DNA of 63,635 bases, filler included, from Licmophora abbreviata (GCA_900291995.1; 17 parts of 17 records of this genome joined end to end with filler, not necessarily neighbours in it), one strand, 5' to 3'. Counted from the whole stretch's first letter, positions 10,568 through 22,467 are shown. Notes: a model not told the origin generated them from the letters alone. Program-made: numbers and translations.

Positions 10568-12130
10568 TTACATGGCCTCTGAACGCTCTCGTGCTAGTTC
10601 GGCGTATTTCTTCCAATCACTGGTAAACGCAATGGCACTGTAGAGGATCACTAGGACAGCATACCCAACCGCCATGCCAGCATACAAGCCTACAAGATCG
10701 TCTCGCCAGTACTGTGTGAAGAAGATGACGGCCGGGACTTGCGCTACGCAACAGCATGACAAAAGAACAGCAATGCAAACGAGTGAGAACTGTTTAGCGG
10801 TTCACTCTACCGCCGATGTCTGTGACACACACACAGACGTACCTCCCCAACTGGCAATAAGTCCCAAATAAAAGACCTCGGTTGTTCTGCCCATCGAGTA
10901 GGGGATTTTCTCGATGCCCACAGCGAGATTCATCAGAAACAGTGTCAACGCGAATGGAAACCGGGCTTCTTCGAGGAGACTCAAAAATATCTCATCTTCA
11001 GTAAAGATTCTGCCAACCAGTCGAATATGCGATAGGACCAAGCCACCAATCACGAGCAATACAACGAGAGCCAGGCCAATGCCCACATCTCCAGCTTGTT
11101 TGGCGCCACTCGGATCCATGTTCCCAAGCCGTCGGCTCATCTTGATGGACGCCGCCATTGTCAGCGCATTGACCAGAATGAGCACAATCCACATGATTCG
11201 ATACGATGTGTTGAATACGGCTACCTCTTCCTCACCAAGCTTGGCTGCGACGCCTCCGATCACAGCTACACGCCAAAAGTCAGAAGCCACGCCGAAAGCA
11301 GCCGGAAAGTAGAGCGCCGAGAACGAACGGATCCGCGCCTTTGTTATTTCTTTCCACTTCCAACCACCCCAACAAGTCGCATGAAGCTTTTTCCAGTAGA
11401 TATAGAATGTGAACATAATGAACATCTGGACGTACACGGCGAAGGAAGTGACAATGGGACATGCCTTGAAACCAAAGCCATCAAACCGCGGTATGGGAAT
11501 GCCCAATACGAAGATCAGGCCGAGAATCAGGTTAAGGATCATGGCTCCGGATGACGCATTGACCTCAGGGTACATGATTCTCTGCGCCGAAAAGAACTGC
11601 GCCAACTGCCCGAATCCGACCAAGCCAGGGATCGACAATGACAAGACTCGGGCGTAGTATCCGGCTTCATGTGAAATTCGGGGGTCTGACCCAAAGAAGG
11701 TCCAAAATAGTTCAGTCACGTTCCACGCAATAAACACAAAGATGGCCAGGATACTCAAAACAAAGTAGGAAACTTGCAGATAGATTCCGGCAAGCTTCGG
11801 GTTGCCGGCCCCGACTGCCTGTGCAACAAAGATTCCCAGGACGCGACCATTGATGAAAACAAGCGAACACATGGTCCACAAGTCGCTGAGTGCTGCGGCA
11901 GCAAGGGCTTGAGCACTGACGTGACCAAGAAGAGCCGTATCCGTCGTCTTCATTCCTACCCAGGAAATTTGGGAAAGGAATATCGGAAAGGCAAGCTGGA
12001 GCGTGTCAATGACATCGGCAGAGAAAGATTCGGCCTCACTATCTTGTTCATTCGAGATTCCAGATGCTTTTTGTTCGATCAGCAGAGGGTCGTTTTCTCC
12101 CTTTTCAGTATCGTTTCCTGGAGAAGCCAT
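10568..12130 (-). CDS. MATE family transporter, two exons (12130-10843 and 10743-10568)
   Basis: TDTALLGH-SAQALAAAALSD MATE start, many transmembrane segments and the RRLGNMDPSGAK motif. Splicing joins W-G-A-Q-V-P in frame. Confidence 0.88.
10744..10842 (-). other. Spliceosomal intron, 99 nt
   Basis: GTACGT donor at 10842, short TG repeat, CTCAC branch-like motif, pyrimidine tract and TAG acceptor ending at 10744. Removing it skips the stop at 10802. Confidence 0.85.
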
Positions 12131-12193
12131 GATCGAATTGCTGTTGATATTGCATCTCTTTGGTGTGTGATCGCTTATCGCAACACCGCCGGT

Positions 12194-12293
12194 NNNNNNN
12201 NNNNNNNNNNNNNNNNNNNNNNNNNNNNNNNNNNNNNTTAATTAATTAANNNNNNNNNNNNNNNNNNNNNNNNNNNNNNNNNNNNNNNNNNNN
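12194..12293. other. Artificial contig spacer (44 N + TTAATTAATTAA + 44 N); eukaryote/bacterium boundary
   Basis: The core has stops in all six frames. Identical spacers start at 14449, 15916, 19141, 21571, 26820, 28564, 34757, 37429, 39917, 45841, 51637, 54042, 55801, 58205 and 60838, each 100 nt long. Confidence 0.99.
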
Positions 12294-12355
12294 GCTTCTT
12301 TAACTGGCTTTCGGGCGCCAGCGCTCTTTGTGCCCACCGGCCCCGCCAATGATAC

Positions 12356-12613
12356 ATGGAAACCGGCGCACTTTTCGTCTTCGCGGGCATCGTCGCGGCA
12401 CGCGAAAGGGTCTGGATCGCGTCTCCCTATCACGTGCCAGACACAGATATTCTGACGGTGCTGAAACATGCCGCCCTCGCCGCGCGTGATGTGCGGATTC
12501 TGGTGCCCGAGATGATTGATCACCAATTCCCATGGCGTGCCGCCTGTGCCGATTGCGATGACCTGCGCGGCTCTTGGCGCCCTTGCTTTAACCTTGCGTC
12601 ACTTGTTCGCTGA
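12356..12613 (+). pseudogene. Cardiolipin synthase (PLD family) internal fragment
   Basis: AARERVWIASPYHVPDTDILTVLKHAALAARDVRILVPE matches the second PLD domain of Cls. Similarity stops before the HKD motif. Confidence 0.7.
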
Positions 12614-13039
12614 TGTCCCACGCAGACCGGTAAGCATGTCCGCGACAGATTTCCCCAAACCGTCAAAAGCGGAGGTGACTGCTGTTTCAATCAGCGCGTT
12701 CGGGTCTGCGCCGAGTGCGGTGACCGCTGCGGTCAACTCGGCAAGTTGCATCTCTGCTCCGGCGATACGCGCCTCGAGCGTCGAGGTGTCTATGTCGCGC
12801 GCCATGCTGGGTGCGGCCAGATCGGTGCGGGCGGCGGCGATTTCCTTGGACAAGGTGGTTATGTCGGTTCGCAACGGCAAGACCGCCTTGGCGGCCTCCC
12901 CAATCTGTTCCGAGACGCGTTCCGCTGCCGACAGTGCCCCCCAGACGAGCCAAAGGCAAAGCGCTGTCAGGATCAAGGTGGCGTTCAGGAACGCCAGTAC
13001 GAGGTTTCTGATACTCCGTCCCAAACTGCGATCCGCCAT
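12599..13039 (-). CDS. Hypothetical membrane-anchored coiled-coil protein
   Basis: ATG at 13039, one N-terminal transmembrane helix (LVLAFLNATLILTALCLWLVW) and an Ala-rich helical tail. Confidence 0.7.
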   Translation of the reverse strand: MADRSLGRSIRNLVLAFLNATLILTALCLWLVWGALSAAERVSEQIGEAAKAVLPLRTDITTLSKEIAAARTDLAAPSMARDIDTSTLEARIAGAEMQLAELTAAVTALGADPNALIETAVTSAFDGLGKSVADMLTGLRGTSANK

Positions 13040-13747
13040 TTGTTGCACCACCGAATTGATTGCGCCGCGATAAACTGGCACATGTAGCCGCGCAGCTACA
13101 AGCGTCTTCGTCTTTGAGATGATCGCCGGAAAGTGTGTCACTTAGCGCCGCCCGTCACCACCCACGACGCGCAACACCTGCCGGGCTCTTGGTCTCATCG
13201 ACCGGTATTGTCGCGCCCTCTAATGTGCTTTGCAACGTCAAGAAAAGGCGGTGCCCGGCATGCAATACCCAATGAGACACAGCCGGTGCATCATGTCTTC
13301 GTGTGATCGGATACCCAGCACGGTTTGCTCCACGAAATCCCAAACAGGTGACCGGCATAAGTATCATCATTCCGGGTCCACCAAGGCCTGCCTGTCGAGC
13401 TGTAGAACGGCACAAGGTGCCGAGGCATGTCGCCGAGGTCGACAAAACGATCAATCGACCGCAGCAAGGGGGCATACGGTACCTGATTCCAATCAAGATC
13501 TCGAAGAACAGCGCGTCCTGCGCCACCTGCCTCGGCCCTGTCATCGCAAGCTCTCCCTCGCCTCGGGAGCAGTGAATGAGCAGTCAAAGACTCGTTCAAG
13601 CTGAGTTTTTCGACAGAATTCGAATATAGCCGACCTTTCTCGCCGCAGTACATCACGTCGACTGGAAATTGAACGAAGACTTCCAAAGACACCGGTTCAT
13701 CCCCTAAATGCCATTGGCGGAAACCACTGAACGTGAGGAGCCTTGAG

Positions 13748-14062
13748 ATGGAATACACATGGGCGTTTTTTGAAGCATTTATGGATGCCATTGTAGAACT
13801 CACGCCGATATTGCTCGCTCTGATTTCTTTGATAGTGGCTAATGGCCTTGCCGTCGGTCGATTGGAGGGATGGTGCGTGGGAGACTCCCTCTATCACGCA
13901 TTCATCAATGCCACTACGGTAGGCTATGGTGATTTTTGTCCAACGACCGGTTTCAGTAAGTTCCTTACTGTGTTGAACGCATTTGTCGGGCTGCTCCTGA
14001 CCGGCATTGTGGTTGGTGCTGGGACATTTGCCGTACAAAGAGCTTACCAAGTTGCGTTTTGA
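13748..14062 (+). CDS. Small two-TM potassium channel pore protein
   Basis: TTVGYGD selectivity filter between two transmembrane helices; GAGGAG ribosome binding site before ATG 13748. Confidence 0.88.
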   Translation: MEYTWAFFEAFMDAIVELTPILLALISLIVANGLAVGRLEGWCVGDSLYHAFINATTVGYGDFCPTTGFSKFLTVLNAFVGLLLTGIVVGAGTFAVQRAYQVAF

Positions 14063-14159
14063 TCGCGTCCGCGCCGGGGAGTGGTCGCGTCACCCGGAAC
14101 CAAATTTGCCAATATTGGCGCGACGCAAATTTTGGGGATACGGCATTCAGGATCGGTCA

Positions 14160-14297
14160 TCGGTTGCTTTCAGAGATGAGGACCGCGGTTTTCTGGAAGC
14201 GCAGTTGCGCGGGCACAAGGCGGCGCGGTCGTTGTCCTGCAGGTGACGGATCGCGTTGAGCCGCGCTGACGGTTTGACCAGAAAGGAGATCACCTAA
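14160..14297 (+). mobile_element. IS630-family transposase N-terminal remnant
   Basis: DEDRGFLEAQLRGHKAARSLSCR*RIALSRADGLTRKEIT* resembles the helix-turn-helix start of alphaproteobacterial IS630 transposases, with in-frame stops. Confidence 0.6.
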
Positions 14298-14549
14298 GGT
14301 CAGCAACATTATTTTGATGCATTCGCAAACGTGGCACAAAGCCGGTGACTTTCTCAATGAATTGGTTATCGTGACGTTATAGTTTATGCATAAGGAAAGA
14401 CTCGTTTGATCAAAATTCTTTTTCTTGCAACAATTTTGCTTTCAGCAGNNNNNNNNNNNNNNNNNNNNNNNNNNNNNNNNNNNNNNNNNNNNTTAATTAA
14501 TTAANNNNNNNNNNNNNNNNNNNNNNNNNNNNNNNNNNNNNNNNNNNNC

Positions 14550-15593
14550 GCTTTTTCACAGGAATCCGCGCCTCGCGCAGCGGTTGTCGCGGTTGAGGCA
14601 ACGACCCGAACTCTTGCGGAAACATCTGTCTTCAATGGCCGGCTCGACGCCAATCGGCGCGTTGCGCTTGCTGCGCGCGTGTCCGGAATGATCGAGACGA
14701 CGGAGTTTACGCCCGGTGCGCAGGTGACGGAGGGGCAACCGCTGTTCGTGATCGAGGATGATCTCTACGCGGCGGCGGTGCGGGAAGCCGAAGGCGCGTT
14801 GCGTGCCGCAGAGGCGCAGCGAGATCTGGCCCGGATCGAGCGCGACCGCCAAGCCGAGTTGGTGTCGCGCGACGCAGGCGCGCGGGCACGTCTTGACCAA
14901 GCGGAGGCCGCACTCGCCACAGCCGAGGCCGATGTGCTACGGCTTGCGGCTGTGCTGGACCGGGCGCGCACCAACCTGTCTTATACACAGATCAAGGCCC
15001 CGTTCGCCGGGCGCATCGGTGACCGCACTGTGGATGTGGGCGCGCTGGTTGGGCCCGAGACGGGTGCGTTGGCGATGCTTGTCCAGCTTGACCCGATCCA
15101 TGCCGAATTCGCCGTGCCAACGGCAGTTTTGCGCGATTTCCTCGAACGCGTTGAACGCGGCGAGATCTCCAAAACGGCAGCGGTTACACTGACGCTGGCC
15201 AACGGCAGTATCTATGAACAGCCCGGCGATATCGATTTCGTCGATAGCCGTGTGAATTCCGGGACTGACAGCGTGACATTGCGGGCACGATTTGCCAACC
15301 CTGAGGGACGTTTGCTGGACGGTGAGCTGGTGCGCGTGACGCTCACCTCTGATACGCCCGAGGCCGAATTGGCGATCCCGGCGCAGGCGGTGCAGCGCGA
15401 CATCCAGGGCGCCTTTGTTCTTGTGGTGGGTGAGGGAGATGTGGCCGAGCAACGCCGTGTGACCGTGCGCCGAAACGCCGAGGGCTTCGCCGTCATCGCC
15501 GAGGGGCTGAGCGAAGGCGAGCGCGTAATCACCGAGGGTGTCAACAAGGTCCGCCCCGGCGCAGCCGTCGATGCCATCGCACCCGGGGGCTGA
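14550..15593 (+). CDS. RND efflux periplasmic adaptor (MFP), 5' end lost in the spacer
   Basis: The frame is open back to the contig edge. ARVSG...PGAQVTEGQPLF, NLSYTQIKAPFAGRIG, LRARFANPEGRLLDG, GLSEGERVITEG. Confidence 0.92.
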   Translation, partial: AFSQESAPRAAVVAVEATTRTLAETSVFNGRLDANRRVALAARVSGMIETTEFTPGAQVTEGQPLFVIEDDLYAAAVREAEGALRAAEAQRDLARIERDRQAELVSRDAGARARLDQAEAALATAEADVLRLAAVLDRARTNLSYTQIKAPFAGRIGDRTVDVGALVGPETGALAMLVQLDPIHAEFAVPTAVLRDFLERVERGEISKTAAVTLTLANGSIYEQPGDIDFVDSRVNSGTDSVTLRARFANPEGRLLDGELVRVTLTSDTPEAELAIPAQAVQRDIQGAFVLVVGEGDVAEQRRVTVRRNAEGFAVIAEGLSEGERVITEGVNKVRPGAAVDAIAPGG

Positions 15594-15596
15594 TCC

Positions 15597-18500
15597 ATGC
15601 TGGCCGATACCTTCATAAAACGCCCCCGCTTCGCCGGGGTGATCTCAATTGTTCTGTTCCTCGCCGGGCTCATCGCGCTGACGCGGATGCCGGTGGAGCA
15701 GTTCCCCGATATCGTGCCGCCACAGGTCTCTGTCAGCGCCAGCTATCCCGGCGCGGGCGCCGAAGTGCTGGAACAGACCGTCGCGCAGGTGATCGAGGAT
15801 CAGATCGTGGGTGTCGACGACATGATCTACATGTCGTCCACCTCCGGAGCCGACGGCACCTACATCCTCAACATCAGTTTCGAGGTGGGAACCGACCCCG
15901 ATATCGCCACGGTGANNNNNNNNNNNNNNNNNNNNNNNNNNNNNNNNNNNNNNNNNNNNTTAATTAATTAANNNNNNNNNNNNNNNNNNNNNNNNNNNNN
16001 NNNNNNNNNNNNNNNAATCCTCTTCCCTGCTCATGGGCATAGCGCTCTATGCCGAAAGCGAGGCGTTGGAAGGCAGCGACCTGACCAACTACGCCCGGCT
16101 CAACCTCATGGATCGGATCAAGCGTGTCGAGGGGGTGGGCGATGCCTCGATGTTTGGCGCCAACGAATTCGCCATGCGCGTCAATCTGGACGTGGACCGT
16201 ATGGCGGCGCTTGGTCTTGTGCCATCCGATGTCACCGCCGCCTTGCGCAGCCAGAACCTGCAAGCCGCCATCGGGCGCGTGGGCGGGCAGCCTGTGACTG
16301 AGGATCCGGGGCTGCAGCTCAACATCTCGACCAAGGGGCGGCTGTCGAGCCCCGAGGACTTCGGCGCGATTATATTGCGCGCGGGCGTGGATGGCAGTGT
16401 GGTCCGAATTCGCGACGTCGCCGAGGTAACACTCGGAGAGAAAAATTCCGACGTGGTGACAAGCTTCGACGGCAGGCCCGCCACGCTGATCGGAATTTAC
16501 CTCGCGCCGGGTGGCAACGCCATCGCGGCAGCCGACAGCGCCAAGGCGATGATGGAAGCGGCGAAGGCGGATTTCCCTGAGGGCATGGCCTACGAAATCG
16601 TCTCGGACAGTTCCACCTTCGTCAAGGAAAGCATCGCCGAGGTCGAGCACACGCTGATCGAGGCGTTCATCCTCGTGGTGCTCGTGGTGTTCATCTTCCT
16701 TGGCTCGCTGCGCGCCACGATCGTGCCGCTTATCGCCGTTCCGGTGGCGCTGGTGGGTACTTTCGCGGTGATGCTGGCGATGGGCTTCTCGCTCAACACC
16801 GTGTCGCTGCTGGCGCTGGTTCTGGCCATCGGGATCGTCGTGGATGATGCCATCGTCGTTGTCGAGGCGGTCGAGGCGAAGATGGAGCAGAACCCGGAGA
16901 TGACACCCGCCGAGGCGGCCTCGGCGGCGATGTCGGAGATCACCGGCGCGATCCTCGCGATCACCATGGTGCTCTTGTCGGTTTTCGTGCCAGTCGCCTT
17001 CATTCCAGGCATCTCGGGGCAGCTCTTCCAGCAATTCGCCGTGGCGGTATCGGTATCGATGGTGATCTCGGCGATCAACGCGTTGACGCTGTCACCCGCA
17101 CTCTGCGCGATCATTCTCAAGCCGCACCACGGGCCGAAGAAGGGGATCATGGGTGCCATCTCGCGCGGAATCGACAAGGGGCGTGATGGGTACACCAAGA
17201 TCGCCGGCGCCATCGCAAGGCGCGCCGTGCTGGGGCTGGCGCTGCTGATCGGGGCCTTCGCGCTCACCGGCGGGCTTTTCAAGGCAGTGCCCACCGGCTT
17301 CCTGCCGTCCGAGGATCAAGGCTCCTTCATCGTCGAGACGCGCCTGCCCGAGGCGGCCTCGGTCAATCGCACGCTTGTGGCGCAGCGCGAGGTCGAAGAG
17401 ATCCTGCTCGGCCTGCCAGGGGTGGAATCGGTCACCTCGGTGACGGGCTTCTCGCTGCTCGATGGCATCACCAAGTCCAACGCCGCCTTCGCACTGGTCT
17501 CGATGCAGGAATTCGCAGAGCGGACCACAGAAGAAACCAGCGTCTTCAATGCGATCAACCAGGCCATGCGGCAGGGCGCGGCGATCCGCTCGGCGCAGAT
17601 CATCGCCTTCAACCTGCCGCCCATCGCTGGGCTTGGGAGTGGATCGGGCTTCGAGATGCAACTGCTCGACACTCAGGGGCGCACGCCACAGGAGTTGGCC
17701 GAAACCGCGCGGGGGCTTTCCTTTGCCGCCAACGGCAATCCGACGCTTTCGGGGGTCTATAGCACGTTCTCGGCCAACAGCCCGCAGCTTTTCCTCGAGA
17801 TCGACCGCGAGCGGCTCTATGCGCTGGGCATTCCCGTATCGGATGTCTTTGCCGCTCTACAACCGACGCTTGGCTCGGCTTATATCAATGATTTCAACCT
17901 TTTTGGCCGGTCATGGCAGGTTCGCATGACCGCCGAGCCGGAATATCGCGATGCGGTCGACGATATCGCGCGCATCCAGGTGCGCAGCGCCTCCGGGGAG
18001 ATGGTGCCAGTGGGTGCGTTTGCCCGCGCCGAGTATATTACCGGACCGATGTCGCTCTCGCGCTATAATAATCAGCGCGCGGCCAAGGTCAGCGGCAATC
18101 CCGCAGAGGGCTTCTCGTCCGGCGCGGCGCTTTTCGCCATGGAAGAGGTGGCCGCGGCCAACCTGCCGCCGGGCTATGATTTTGAATGGACCGGCACTGC
18201 GTTGCAGGAGAAGCAGGCCGCGGGGCAGACCACGGTGATCCTCGCGCTGGCGATGCTGTTCGCCTATCTGTTCCTTGTCGCGCTCTATGAGAGCTGGACG
18301 ATCCCGGTGCCGGTGATGCTATCCGTGGTGTTCGGCGTAGCTGGAGCGGTCGCGGCGCTTTTGCTCGCCGGGCTGCCCTTCAACATCTATGCCCAGATCG
18401 GGCTGGTGGTGCTTCTGGCGCTTGCGGCAAAGAACGCCATTCTGATCGTGGAATTTGCCAAGGCGCGGCGCGAGGCGGGTGAGGAGATCCTGCAGGCCGC

Positions 18501-18750
18501 CATCTCTGGCGCGCATGCGCGTTTCCGGGCTGTGATGATGACCTCCTTTGCCTTTATCGCCGGGCTCATCCCGCTGGTCACGGCCGAGGGCGCGTCGATG
18601 TTGTCGCGACGCGCCGTTGGTACCGGTGTGGCGGGGGGCATGCTGGCGGCGGCGCTGGTGGGGATATTCGTGATCCCCGCTCTCTACGTCGTGTTCCAAT
18701 CCTTGCGCGAGCGGGTCAAGGGCCGTGGTCCTTCCGACGCCGAGACCTGA
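15597..18750 (+). CDS. RND efflux permease, AcrB/HAE1 family, split by spacer 15916-16015
   Basis: [40 protein letters not shown] and RFRAVMMTS. The two halves are colinear, with roughly 25 codons missing. Confidence 0.95.
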
Positions 18751-18754
18751 TGCC

Positions 18755-20698
18755 ATGACAGGCGCGGCGATCATAAGGGCCTATCGCCGCGCCCTGGATC
18801 ATCTGTTTCAGCTGTTGGCCCTGCATCTGAGTGTCCGGCTCGCGGTCTCGGTGCTGCTCTTGCCGCTGGCGGGTGTGGTCCTCGGCCTCGTACTGCGCTG
18901 GTCGGGCGATCCGGCGCTGACCGATCAAGAAATCGCCGGGCTACTGTTCAGCCCCATGGGCGTGCTTGGCGCGCTGGCCGTGGTCGCCGTGCTGATTGTC
19001 GCAGCGATCCTCGACCTTGCGCTGATGACGGCGCTGTGGCGCCGGCCTGTGCCGGGTATCGGGGCGGCCCTGGTCAATGCCTGGAATATGGTGTTGCCGG
19101 GTCTGGGTGGGGTATTTCGGCTGGCGCTGCGCTTGCTGTTNNNNNNNNNNNNNNNNNNNNNNNNNNNNNNNNNNNNNNNNNNNNTTAATTAATTAANNNN
19201 NNNNNNNNNNNNNNNNNNNNNNNNNNNNNNNNNNNNNNNNATATTGGCAATTTGCCTGCCATTCCTCGCGCTCGCGGGGTTCGTGGCGGGATTGGGGCTG
19301 ACCGCGCATGACATCAACTATTACCTAACCTGGCGACCGCCGTCCTTTCTGCTGGCGGCGGGGGTAATCGCGGCGCTCGTTCTAATCATGGCGGGCCTGC
19401 TGATCTGGCGGCTCGGGGGCTGGGCGTTGGCCCTGCACCTTCGGTTGATCGACGCGATACCGGCGCGCGACTGTCTCGCGCAGAGCGAAGTTTATCTGCA
19501 TGCGCGGCGCGGCGCGGTGATCCGGGGCATCCTGATCTGGCTCGCGCTGCGGTTGGCGCTCGGGGCTGGCATCGCGGCGGCAATGGGGGCGCTTGGCGCG
19601 GGAGCGCAGGCACTGGTCCTTCCGGATCTGGGCCGAGTTGTGGTGGCGACGGTTTTGACGCTGGCGCTCTGGTCGCTGTTGAACGCGGTGGTGGCCGCCG
19701 TGTCGAACGGAGCACTGGCTGCGCTGCTCGACGATCTGCATCGCCGCGCCGCGCCAAGGATATTGGCCCCACGGCCCGATTCCGAGCCACGTGGAGGCCT
19801 GCTGGTGCTGGGTGGTCTGGCTGTGGTGGTAGGGGCGGCAGGGCTCGGCTCGGCCGTGGTTTTGGGCGATGTGACGTCACGTTTGGCGACCCCACAGCCC
19901 GTCGAGATCATCGCGCATCGGGGCGCGGCGGCGGCCCGGCCCGAGAATACGTTGGCCGCGGTGGAAAAGGCGCTTGAAGATCGCGCTGACTGGGTCGAGA
20001 TCGACGTGCAGGAAATCGCGGACGGCACTGTTGTCGTGACGCATGACAGTGACTTCATGAAGCAGGCCGGCGTGGCACTGAAGGTCTGGGATGCGGAACT
20101 GGACGATCTGGAAAGGATCGATATTGGCAGCTGGTTCGACCCGAGCTTTGCCGACGCCCGTGTTCCAACGTTGCGCGCGGTTCTGGAGACGGCCAAGGGG
20201 CGCGGGCGTATCCTGATCGAACTGAAATATTATGGCCATGACGACCGTCTGGAAGAGCGTGTCGCGCAGATCGTCGAACAAACCGGAATGGCCGCAGATG
20301 TCATGATCATGTCGCTAAAGCGCTCCGGCTTGAACAAGATGCGCGAACTGCGCCCGGATTGGCCGATGGGTATTCTGGCGGCACGTGCGATCGGCGACCT
20401 GACGGCACTCGACGCCGAGTTCCTGGCCGTCAATACCGGGCAGGTCTCGGGCAAACTCCTGCGCCGCGCGCAAGACGCAGGCAAGAAAGTTTTTGTCTGG
20501 ACGGTCGACGATCCAAGGGCAATGTCCCGGATGGTCTCGATGGGGGTTGACGGGCTCATTACCAATGAACCCGCCCTTGCGCGGGAGGTGATGGAGGCGC
20601 GCGCGGACCTGTCCTTGTCCGAAAGGCTGCTGGTCTGGCTGAGCGACAGGTTTAGGCTGGACAGTTTTAACCTGGTGGCGGAGCCAACAGATGCATGA
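18755..20698 (+). CDS. Glycerophosphodiester phosphodiesterase with an N-terminal multi-TM domain, split by spacer 19141-19240
   Basis: Hydrophobic N-terminal half, then IIAHRGAAAARPENT, VEIDV, VVTHD, IELK, VWTVDD and GVDGLITN. Confidence 0.88.
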
Positions 20699-20726
20699 GA
20701 CCTGTTTTTGATCGAGGAGAAATGCG

Positions 20727-21245
20727 ATGAAATCTTCTGTTTTGCTAATCGGAATAGGCGTGCTGTCGCTGCTGGGCGGTATCGTTGCCTTGCTGAACCC
20801 CCTGGCGGCTACGCTGACCGCAGAAATGCTGACCGGATATCTGTTCATGGCCATCGGCGTTCTGATGCTGCTGTCGATATTTTCGGATGACAGTTGGGGA
20901 TCGCGGCTGCTGTCACTGGTGCTCGGGATTGCTTTGCTGGCTATCGGGGTCAATCTGGTCAGCAACCCGCTTCAGGGCGTGCTGCAACTGACCGTTGTTG
21001 TTGCTATCCTGATGCTCATTATCGGCCTTTTGCGTCTTGTCGTTGCCTTCAGAATGAAAAGTGCCGGGCTCAAGGCGTTGCTTATTGTGTCTGGGGTTAT
21101 TTCGCTCGCGCTGGGCACGATGATCCTGACGAGTTTTCCATTTTCAGCGGCGGTGGTGCTGGGTATCCTGCTTGCGATCGAGCTGATCTCCAACGGGATA
21201 TCCATGATCGCTCTGGGCCTGGCCGCCCGAAAACCGGCAAGTTGA
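20727..21245 (+). CDS. HdeD/DUF308 family membrane protein
   Basis: About six transmembrane helices; GIVALLNP and LLAIELISNGIS patterns. Confidence 0.8.
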   Translation: MKSSVLLIGIGVLSLLGGIVALLNPLAATLTAEMLTGYLFMAIGVLMLLSIFSDDSWGSRLLSLVLGIALLAIGVNLVSNPLQGVLQLTVVVAILMLIIGLLRLVVAFRMKSAGLKALLIVSGVISLALGTMILTSFPFSAAVVLGILLAIELISNGISMIALGLAARKPAS

Positions 21246-21255
21246 GGAGGCGGCG

Positions 21256-21858
21256 ATGAAAAACTGGCTATGGTGGCTCTTGGCGGGGATTGTCGCATTT
21301 GCGGGAGGTGTGCTGGGCTTGATCAATCCGAATGCAGCGCAGATCACGTCCACCACCATCACGGGCTGGGCGCTAGTCGTGATGAGCCTCTTGCAGGGCC
21401 GCGCCGCCTGGAAATCGGCCGCCTTACGAGAGCGCGCCGGGGCGGGTCTTTTCGCTGTGGCAGGGCTGTTTCTCGGCCTTTCGCTTCTCATGGGGCCCTT
21501 CGGTGATGGCACGCTCTTGCGCTGGATGCTGGGCGGGCTGCTTTTGGTCGTGGGGCTTGCGAAACTGTGGNNNNNNNNNNNNNNNNNNNNNNNNNNNNNN
21601 NNNNNNNNNNNNNNTTAATTAATTAANNNNNNNNNNNNNNNNNNNNNNNNNNNNNNNNNNNNNNNNNNNNGGCACTTCAAGACCGATCCACTGTTCTGGG
21701 TGGTTGCTGTGGCGGGCGGGCTCTCCATCGTCTTGGGGCTGATCGTGCTTTTGGGCGTAGACCTGCAATTGGGAGTCATACTGTCGCTGGAACTTCTGGG
21801 CAGCGGAGCGGCGCTCGTGGTGATGGCCTTGCGGTTGGAAAAGCCGGTGGCGCATTGA
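21256..21858 (+). CDS. Second HdeD/DUF308 family membrane protein, split by spacer 21571-21670
   Basis: GAGGAGG ribosome binding site; WLWWLLAG...GLINP. It resumes as PLFWVVAVAGGLSIVLG...LSLELLGSG and ends at TGA 21856-21858. Confidence 0.7.
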
Positions 21859-21922
21859 GCCTTGAGAATTTGTTGTCCTGAAAAGATGGCAGGATGAAAT
21901 CGTAGCCTCTTCTGCTGGCGGC

Positions 21923-22144
21923 TTGGCGGCTTGGTGGCATCGGTTCGGTCCGATGTTTGAGGCGGAGCTCCGAAAACGCCGAATTTCCGGCATGAAATCA
22001 AGCAATTGGCGTTGCCATCTGAGCGAGATGTTCGTGAAGACCAACGGGGAGAGTCATTATCTCTGGCGGGCCGTAGACCACGAAGGCAAGGTCCTTGATA
22101 GCGTTGTGACGAAGCGCAGAAACATGCCGGTCGCGTTGAAATAG
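21923..22144 (+). mobile_element. IS6-family transposase remnant
   Basis: WWHRFGPMF...WRCHLSEMFVKTNGESHYLWRAVDHEGKVLDS. The first catalytic Asp position reads Ser and the frame stops early. Confidence 0.85.
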
Positions 22145-22214
22145 CTCGAAAAATAAATTCGCTTGAACACCAAAAAGACGTGCCAAGCCGTCCCGATCCA
22201 TCACATCATGCATC

Positions 22215-22394
22215 GATAATTTTTGTCGCGAGATCCTTCCATGCAGCATGATCCAGCATCTCACCCGCTAGCATGGGCTTCGGCTTATTGTTCTCATTTT
22301 TCAGCGCCCGCAGCTTCTTGGTATCCCATATATTCATGTCGCCAAATTGAGCTTCGTATGTGTAGAAGCTCGCATCGCTGATGCCGACGTGCCG
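22215..22394 (-). mobile_element. IS3-family (IS407-like) OrfA remnant
   Basis: Manual translation: GISDASFYTYEAQFGDMNIWDTKKLRALKNENNKPKPMLAGEMLDHAAWKDLATK. Confidence 0.75.
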
Positions 22395-22467
22395 TTCAGG
22401 GCCCTTCCTTTTCTTGGACGGATTGCCTCCACCTCGATGGTTTTATTTCAGGTGGAGCGATCGGCCT

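Noticed and set aside
13150..13700. Overlapping short ORFs upstream of the K+ channel gene
   Set aside because: No recognisable motifs or consistent frame; possibly decayed sequence, but not callable.
11000..14448. Horizontal transfer of bacterial DNA into the alga
   Set aside because: The only link is the synthetic spacer, and the bacterial genes keep operon structure with no introns.
22212..22224. Third ATCGAT site resembling the island operators
   Set aside because: It lies at the end of the IS3 remnant, away from any island promoter, and is probably coincidental.
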